Assembly: GCF_009914755.1 (NCBI RefSeq)
Contig: NC_060930.1
Length of the DNA: 64,000 nucleotides
Source: the human T2T-CHM13v2.0 reference genome, Homo sapiens
Strand: one strand, 5' to 3'
The translations under genes were made by a program, and so were the position numbers. Below, one piece after another: positions 55,610-64,000 of this stretch; position 1 is the first letter of the stretch; the number at the start of each line of letters is the position of its first letter. Under the pieces are notes generated by a model, which was given only the letters and a program-made list of their open reading frames with translations, did not search any database and was not told where the DNA came from.

Positions 55610-56439
55610 CTGAATAATTTAGTAACAGGATGGAATGAGAAGGGGCAAAAAAAGCAAAAATGAGAAAAAATAAACACTCATATTTTCCCTTATAATAAAC
55701 TAAACTGATTTATGTACGTGTCTGTGTGTATGTGTGTGTGTGTGTAGAGACAGAGAGAAAGAAGTTCTTGTTCTAATTTTTCAGGTCAATTGCTTCAAGT
55801 AATAATATAAGTAATTTTATATTCTAAGTAGACAAGAAAGGAATTCACTAAATATTCTCAAGGATCAAATAAGTATTATTTAGTTAAAGCTTAATGTAGT
55901 CTTGGAATCCATATGTTAATGAATAAGAAAATAACTCATGATAGTTTCTAAGGGAATTTAAAATTAGATTAATTCAAAATTCTATTGTAAAGCTTCCTTT
56001 CATTTATTTTCTCCAGGCTCATGTTCATTTTCAATATTGATACAACATACTTGCGCCATTCATCTCCGTCATCTTGGTGTAATCCAGGAGGAAAGTGCTT
56101 TCTACACTAGCGTGTACACAAGCAGAAAGCCTCAGTACCAAGACGATGTGAGAATACTACTCAGGATTTGATCCCTAATCTTTTTTGACAAAATATGTCT
56201 CTATATTTTTATATACTCTGTAATCTTCTGTACTATGACACAAAAAATCACCACCGTAATACAAAATTATCATCCTTTTCTAAAAATGGAGCAGGAAAGC
56301 ATAAAAATAAATATTCAAGAGCTGATTTCCAAGATATTCACAGATCTTTATGACTTAAAAAATTATGCTACTATAGACTTTTATGGGACCCTTAGCAAGT
56401 AACCATGTTCATTTCTAGAATGTCTTTTAAAATACTTAC

Positions 56440-56577
56440 AGACACTCTGGAACTGGCTCTTACTCGAGCAACAAACTCTTTCTCTCGCTCAGCAGCCTGC
56501 CTCTGGACCTTCTGGAAGTTTGTCAGTGATGTTGTGAACTCTGCCACTAAGCGATCCTTCTGTATTTTCCTTTGACG
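56440..56577 (-). CDS. STX7: Syntaxin-7 coding exon (138 nt): [46 protein letters not shown]
   Basis: ctctag|CGTCAAAGG...GTGTCT|gtaagt; encodes the Hc helix of syntaxin-7. Confidence 0.97.
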
Positions 56578-57258
56578 CTAGAGGAAAGAGAAGAAAAAGC
56601 CAACTAGAATCTAGCTGTGAAGTTCAACTGAATTTGCGGTAGTTGGCTCTTTATTTAACCCTGAAGTTTTCACTTACTCCCCAATTACAGGGCCTTACAG
56701 ATTAACTCTCAGTAACATTCTGATAGTATGTCAAATACTGTGCATATTTAACTTGAGGCAAAAGACCCATTATGCTGGATTTCTCACCTCAGGTTTTCAC
56801 GCTGCTAAAAACTAGCTTATTATTTTGAGGCTATTTTAAAGTAATTCTTTTTCAGGCAAATAAAGCCTTATACTTTTAGCTAAGTAATAACTTCCACTAA
56901 ATAAGCAGGGAAATAAATATGTGCCCCCAGGACACCTCACATCTTGAATGAGCCTGCATGTTCCACGCAGTCAGCCCCGGAAGGCCAGGAAATAATTACT
57001 CAGGAAGCATTTTCTGAGAACTTACTTAATTATGGGTCAGGGCAAATGCATGGAAATAATTTTTGCTTTATTGAACCACAGGATACTACCTGAGCAATTA
57101 AATATAGTTTTGTGTTCTGTGAACTAATCTCAAACAGAATTATTTTTGATTTCCTTTCTAGCATAATTTCCTTTCTAGCGTAACAGTTCAAAGATCCTAC
57201 AGTGCACTGGGTTTTTTTCACATTCAATACATCAACAATGTGTCTTAAAGCTTGATAC

Positions 57259-57352
57259 CTGTTCACTGGGGGTGGTGGGCAGAGATCCAAACTCTTTAAT
57301 GTACTTATCTGTTTCTTTGGCAAGCTGGTTAGTATACTGCTGCTTCTGTTGC
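57259..57352 (-). CDS. STX7: Syntaxin-7 coding exon (94 nt): [31 protein letters not shown]
   Basis: cactttag|GCAACAGAAG...GAACAG|gtatca; in frame with the flanking exons. Confidence 0.97.
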
Positions 57353-57851
57353 CTAAAGTGAGAAAACACGCATTACAGCCAAAGGACTAATATACTTCTT
57401 TAAGCTTCAACTCTGCCTTTTGAATCAACACTGATAAACAGTTGTACAAAAATTGCCTTTTCATAAACTGGCTCTCAACTTTCTCTATCAAAAAAAATTT
57501 CATATCCTATTCTTTGATAAATAATGAGCAAATATTATATGTCAGGTTCTTCACTCACACAGGGTAGGCAAGCTTAGAGAAATCAATTCAACGGCCATTT
57601 AGAAACACAGATGACTTGAATCAGAGGGAACCTGAAGGAGAGACTGTTAGATGTCTGATCCTTTATGTTTGAGATACTGGGGATGTGGAAGCCCTTTATC
57701 TGCATCTCACACCTGGAAGGTCAGGTAAGCAAGAAAAGATTTGTTACCTTAGACTTTGCCCAGTTCCCAGATCTAGTTATATCTGGCCTCTCTTATTTCT
57801 CTATGTGAACATGTATATGCTATAGATACTTAAAAAAAAGGCGGGGGTAGG

Positions 57852-58153
<302 letters not shown>

Positions 58154-58263
58154 GGAAAGAGGCAATATTGGTACAAATTTACTATTATTTAAGTTTACGC
58201 TGGAAAAAATAATGGCATTTCCTTGTAAAGGGAAAGAACACAATAAATAAAAGAAGTAAATTA

Positions 58264-58581
58264 TAGTCATCCCTCAGTATCTGCAGATTGGTTCCAGGAC
58301 CCCTGTGGATACCAAAATCCGCTGATGCTCAAGTCCCTGATATAAAAAGGTATAGCATTTGCATATAACCTATGCATATCCTCCCATATCTTTAAATCAT
58401 CTCTAGATTATTTATAATACCCAATACAATAATGTAAATGCTATGTAAATAGTTGCTATATTTTATAGTTCAGTTTTTTTTTTTATTATTGTGTTTTTTT
58501 TTTTTTTTTTTCTTGAATATTTTTGACCTGCAGTTGGTTGAATCTGGGGATATATAATCTATGGATACAGAGTGCTGACTA
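58264..58581 (+). mobile_element. MER2 (TcMar-Tigger MITE)
   Basis: agtcatccctcagtatc...gatacagagtgctgact terminal inverted repeats; internal ttggttccaggacccc...ataccaaaatcc. Confidence 0.88.
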
Positions 58582-58925
58582 CATATCCATATTTTATCTA
58601 GCTATCTTATAAACTGAAAAGATTTCCAACTTAAAAACATGACACTAAAAAAAAGCTCATATTAATTGTGATGTTTTACAAATCACAACATCAGTACCTC
58701 TTATATATTTCATCTCATTTTAAATATGGTCTGGTCACACTTAGGGTCCTTTAAAATAATGAGATATTGTATAAGAATATGCTTAAGAATAGGGATCTGT
58801 ATTTGACTGACAAAGGGTAATTAAAATCTATTTCTATCTCTATTTACCAAATACCCTATCTTTAATGCATTTTTGTAAATCTCTGGAAATCATAATATAG
58901 TCAAAGTTTTAAAAAGAAGACCTTA

Positions 58926-59232
58926 GGCTGGACATGGTGGCTCATGCCTGTAATCACAGCACTCTGGGAGGGTGAGGTGGGTGGACTGTCTGAGCCCAGA
59001 ATTGAAGACCAGTGCCGGCAACATGGCAAAACACCATCTCTACAAAAAATACAAAAATTAGCCAGGCATGGTGGATGTGCCTGTATTCCCAGCTACACAG
59101 TAGGCTGAGGTGGGAGAATCGATTGAGCCTAGGAGGTCCAGGCTGCAGTGAACCGTGATAATGTCACTGCACTCCAGCCTGGGTGACAGCATGAGATCCT
59201 GTCTCAAAAAAAAAAAAAAAAAAAAAAAAAAA
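58926..59232 (+). mobile_element. AluJ
   Basis: Dimeric Alu with a ~26-nt A tail and flanking ccttag duplication. Confidence 0.9.
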
Positions 59233-60106
59233 TCCTTAGTGACTACGGATATATATTCAGAATCTTCATTATTAACTCTATCAAAATATTAGAACTTTTA
59301 TGAATTATGTACTTCTATTCCATTTTACTTTAGTTTAATGAATTGTGGTTTATTATTTAGATTTGGAGCATTTTTACCATTCTGACACTTACCCACTGTG
59401 GAAAAATAAAATATAAATTAGAGATAATTGTAAGTCCTTCAAATTGTACTTCCTAAAAATATGAATTCCTATTACCTATCTTTTAATATCGTCCTCTTTG
59501 CAGTTTTCCCTCTATAGTTAATGTTGTTTAGAAGTATTGCTTACTAGATATATGTGACTTGAAATTTACAGCTGTAACAGTACTGAAATAAAATTTAAGA
59601 GTTAAGTTCTAAATGACATTGGGTAACTCGTTAAACCCGTAAGAGACATGAACAAAATGGAAACAGTTCTTTTGGTCTATTTCTCTTACTCTAATTCTGT
59701 AAGGTTTAAATGATAAAATATGTAAAAATACTCTGTAAAATCCACAACATACCACAGACAAAATATTATCACTATGACTGCTGGTCTTCTAACAGCATAT
59801 TAATTTACTGGAATATGTACTATATAATTCATTATAACTTTTTTTTAAACGGAAGCTAATGCTCTCTGAAATTCAAGGATGTAGGTATAAACTTGTGGGG
59901 AGACAGCTCACGTAGCTGGTTATGTATTGGATCTAAACCAAATAAAACTCTGGTGACTGCGGGGATTTTTAGCTATGGAAAGTAAATCACATAAATTGAG
60001 ATACTAGAGTATAATTTTTCAACAGCTGTCAAAAACAACCTACCTAAAAACTGTAAGAAATGCAACTAAAGAAATTCTGCTTTGATAGGGTAAGCCTATC
60101 AAGGAA

Positions 60107-60363
60107 TTTTTTTTTTTTTTTTAAGACAGAGTCTTGCTCAGTCGCCCAGGCTGAAGTGCAGTGGTGTGATCTCGGCTCACTGCAACCTCCGCCACCCGGG
60201 TTCAAGAGATTCACCTGCCTCAGGCTCCTGAGTAGCTAGGACTACAGAAGCTCGCCACCACGCCTGGCTAATTTTTTTATTTTCAGTAGAGACGGGGTTT
60301 CACCATATTGGCCAGGTTGGTCTCGAACTCCTGAACTTGTGATCTGCCCACCTCAGTCTTCCA
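60107..60363 (-). mobile_element. AluS, 5'-truncated
   Basis: Right arm complete; the left arm stops at ctcagtcttcca. Confidence 0.9.
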
Positions 60364-60573
60364 GATCTTTAATATAAAAACACCTGCCTACTCCAGACAG
60401 GGAAAAATCTACACAAAAGCTTGGTACAAATGTATGGATAAGGTAGCAGAAAAACTCCATTGTTTTTCCATTTTTTCTTCCAGTAAACATAATATACTAC
60501 ATACTGTAAAAGCAACAGAATAATAGCAATAGAGTTTTTTCTTTCTCTTTTATTTATTTAACTAGATACTTAC

Positions 60574-60643
60574 AACTGTTGCCTCAATTCAGGTGAATCT
60601 TGAGGTGTTCCAAGTTGATTCAGAGTTCTTTGTATTTCCACAG
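60574..60643 (-). CDS. STX7: Syntaxin-7 coding exon (70 nt; exon 3 if exon 1 is non-coding): (S)[22 protein letters not shown](L)
   Basis: Minus strand ataatag|CTGTGGAAATA...CAACAGTT|gtaagt. The translation matches the syntaxin-7 Habc region and the phase joins the next exon. Confidence 0.97.
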
Positions 60644-60949
60644 CTATTATAATAGAAAATTCATGTATTAATTGTCACAAAAGTTAAGGTAACAGAAAGA
60701 GTTAAAAATTAATATGTACAAGCAATTGGGCAGTTGAAAAGAGACAGAAAAACAAAGATGAAAATAGAAAATATTAACTGGAAAAAAGAATAACTAAATG
60801 GTTTACTTAAATCTAATTAGTAACAAAAATTTTCAAGAGGAAATTGTGTGAGAATGTTAACTTGTGAAAATGCACTTATGACCCAAAAATACTATCTTCT
60901 TCCTTATCCCATCAGGATATTATTAAGTAAATACAAGGGCACACAGACT

Positions 60950-61720
60950 TTAACACTACTAGCATAAAAATTGTGAGGAAATAAGTAACAATTACATATT
61001 TCATTAGAATATAATATAAATAAGTTATTGTTAATAAATGAGAGGAATAGAATTACAAAAAATCATTTTTCAATTATCCATGTAATAACTGATTTCAGCA
61101 AGGTCATCAAAAAATGCTAAAATCACAGGACATTCATACAACTTAAATTACCACCACACAGATGACATTAATTACAAAAGATATAACTTTATCATATATA
61201 AATCTGTTGTCTGAAAACAAATGACCAAATTTAGCAGTGAGAATGGAAAAAACTGACATTATGAACCTTGTGGCATGCTGCAGCGAGAAAGCCACAATAT
61301 GATCTGAGGATTTTTCTTGCCAAAATATTTAACATGAATCTAATCACAAAAAGAAATTAGACCAGTCTAGACTGTGGGACAATCTACGAGATAACTTGCC
61401 TGGGCATTTAAAGACGTCAATGTCACAAAAGGGAAAAAAAAAGTTGACAAAGACAGAGGTGCTTTCTAAATTAAGGAATTAAAATACCCAAAAGACACTG
61501 TATGATTTTTGACTGGATTCTGAATCAGGAAAAAAGCAAGCACTATAAAGAAAATCATAGGGACAACTGGAGAAATTTGAATACAGAAAGTAAAAAACAC
61601 ATTAAACAAAAGTTGAAAAATGCCCACAACTGGCAAATCCAGGTGAAAGGTTCATTGTACTATATACTTATATACATATTTTGTGAGGTTTAGAAAAGAT
61701 TTTAAAATAAAAAGTCCAGG
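60950..61720 (+). mobile_element. Old L1 (L1MC/ME) 3' end
   Basis: tttaacatgaatctaatcac...gactggattctgaatcagg...gggacaactggagaaatttgaata. Confidence 0.6.
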
Positions 61721-63107
61721 GCTTAAAAGTCATGTTAAACTCACAATCCGGAAGTCTATGACTATTGCAATTTTTTTAAAAAAGGCTCTACACAAAAGGG
61801 GAGGACCTACAGTTTTATGTATGTGGGGACATAAATAAAATGTCATGGTACATAAATAAAACGTCAAGTAGAAATAAGCTGAAAATCCAAAGAACTCTTA
61901 ACAATCTAACCCCCTCATTCTTTTTATTTAAATGAGTGGTTTACTTATATAGCTTAAATGCTTTAAAACTATTCATTATTTACATGCTCAAGGGAATGAT
62001 AAAGTATTACAAAATGCAGGATAATTTTGGTCACCGCGAATGATGTAATAAATACTGCTTTTAAGTGAAAGCTGAAAAACAGAAACACTAGAGAAGAATC
62101 AAAGCATATAGCAACTCTTAGCATTTGGCTAATTTAATAGGAATTTATTTTTGCTTTTTGGGGGTTGATTTTTCCTTTCATAAGACAAACAAATTTTGTT
62201 TGCCGTGTTTAACTTATGGCTGCTTATAATTAGCTATATATTCCCTCTCAACCTCAACAGATTTTCTTGAACTGCCTTATAGGGGCTTTATTTTCTTAAG
62301 CGTATTGATAATACAAACTGTAGTATGGGCATCGATAGACTATTGGCAGGTATTTATCTCAACTCTAAAGTGTTATTGTTCTTTAGGAAAAAATCATAGC
62401 AAGTGAGAAAAAATAAATTATTTAATAAATGACACCAGGAAAACTGACTAACCATTTGGGCAGGGGAGAAAGAACCCTACCTCCCAGCATATAGCAAAAT
62501 ACATTTTTAATAAACCATTAATTTAAATAGTAAAATTGAAAATATTAAACTGCTCTAAGAAATATAAATGTTTTTATTATATGATCTTATACATGATCTT
62601 GGAGTAAGAGATATAAAATATTAGCTAAGCATGACACAAAACTAAAATCCACAGAGGAAAATATTGACAAATTTGACTACATAAAATAACTTGGTTAAAT
62701 GTTATACAAAAAATGTGTACATATATCACAAGTATATATGTAAGTGTGTGTTCATATACACACAGGAGACAGTAACTGCAGGTTATGATGAGGAAAGAGG
62801 TTAAACTACAATGGTAATTATTTTTGGTAACAGAACAACAGCCCAGTAAAAAATGGACAAAGGTTATAATCTTGCAATTTACAAAAGGCAAATGTGTACA
62901 TAACAAAACTTCAACTTCACTGATAATTAAACTTTTACGTTTCTGATTGGTAAAAATTATGAAAAGCAGTTGAGAATATAATTACAATCAAAGGCCTTAA
63001 AAACAAAAGGTAAAGACTACATAATATATAAGAAAGAGGGAGCAATAGTCAATAACTATAAATAATTTAGAAAATGTCAGACAATCCAGTAGAAAAATGG
63101 GCCAAGA

Positions 63108-63180
63108 CACGTGTATATCTATATAACAAACATGCACGTTCTGTACATGTATCCCAGAACTTAAAGTATAATAAAAAAAA
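63108..63180 (+). mobile_element. 73-bp 5'-truncated L1PA insertion within old L1M fragments
   Basis: L1PA terminal text (catgtatcccagaacttaaagtataat plus A run); perfect 17-bp TSD agaaaaatgggccaaga. Confidence 0.9.
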
Positions 63181-63334
63181 AGAAAAATGGGCCAAGAATA
63201 GGAACTTTAATATTCATGAATAAACTGAATAGCAAAAAAAGGACCGAAATGCATATCAATTTTGCAAAGTACAAACAAGTACACCACATGAATGCTATAT
63301 AAAATTACTCAGCCAATTAAAGAATTGAGTAGAA

Positions 63335-64000
63335 ATGGATTCTGACAGGCCCAATGGGAGCCTAGTTCCACCATGTGGTAATTTCTGGTTTCTGAACAGA
63401 TATACTGAGCAACCCCCAGTTCTCACTCATACTCCCTGAGTAAGGGCTCTTATGGAAGGAAGAAATCATTGGAAGCCCCTGGGGACCCACTCTAATAAAA
63501 AAATAAAACCAAGGGCATTATCTATTCCCTGGGAATTACTCAGAAATGCCACCATCAAGGACAGAAAGAGCAGGGAGTGGACATGCCTCTCATTCCCATT
63601 TAACCGGCCTATCTGGAGAATGCAGAAGGCTAATGCTCATGATAACTAGCAAAAGCTTATTCAGGTGGTGACTCCAACTGCACTGTTCCTCAAAATGTGA
63701 TGGATTTACTACAACAGAGCATCACAATCTCTAGCAACCTGTATATACCTGCTTCTATGGCAAATACTTTTTGCTCTACCCTAAAGGACAGAGAACATGA
63801 GAAAGGATTTGCTATCAATGGGATGGGACATCAGCGAGCCTTCACAGGCTTATCTCACGGTTATGCACACTGTCTATCTTTGTACTACAATTTCGTTGTC
63901 AAGGATACGGATCATCTCCTCCTACAGGACACTACATTAGTCCAATACACTGGTTACGTCTGCTTTTAGGACCAGAAAAGCAGGAGGCAACATGTACTCT
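63335..64000 (+). mobile_element. ERVL internal pol (reverse transcriptase) fossil, continues past the window edge
   Basis: ORF 63697-63969 aligns by eye to ERVL RT: MANTFCS~LANAFFS, HEKGFA~HQKQFA, GLSHGY~VLPQGY, QDTTLVQY~QDITLVHY. Confidence 0.82.

Overview
Primate, human-like genomic DNA: AT-rich, CpG-poor and dense in Alu, L1, L2, MIR and LTR repeats. The only protein-coding gene supported is STX7 (syntaxin-7) on the minus strand. Eight GT-AG coding exons (60643 down to 45749) splice in frame to residues ~29-261, covering most of the Habc domain, the SNARE motif and the C-terminal transmembrane anchor. The ATG exon and promoter lie beyond the right edge of the window. A repeat-poor 3'UTR region follows (~42.9-45.7 kb). 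The left ~40 kb is repeat-dominated and includes a full-length decayed L1PA nested in an AluJ inside an older L1M, several solo LTRs and a hAT fossil. Nearly all ORF-track entries are repeat-derived or chance ORFs. The most interesting observation is a 28-nt in-frame, stop-containing exon candidate in the last STX7 intron (46824-46851). It would replace the transmembrane anchor with KKDSCMLM*, a CaaX-type farnesylation signal, and should escape NMD. Repeat family names come from recalled consensus sequences and their boundaries are approximate.
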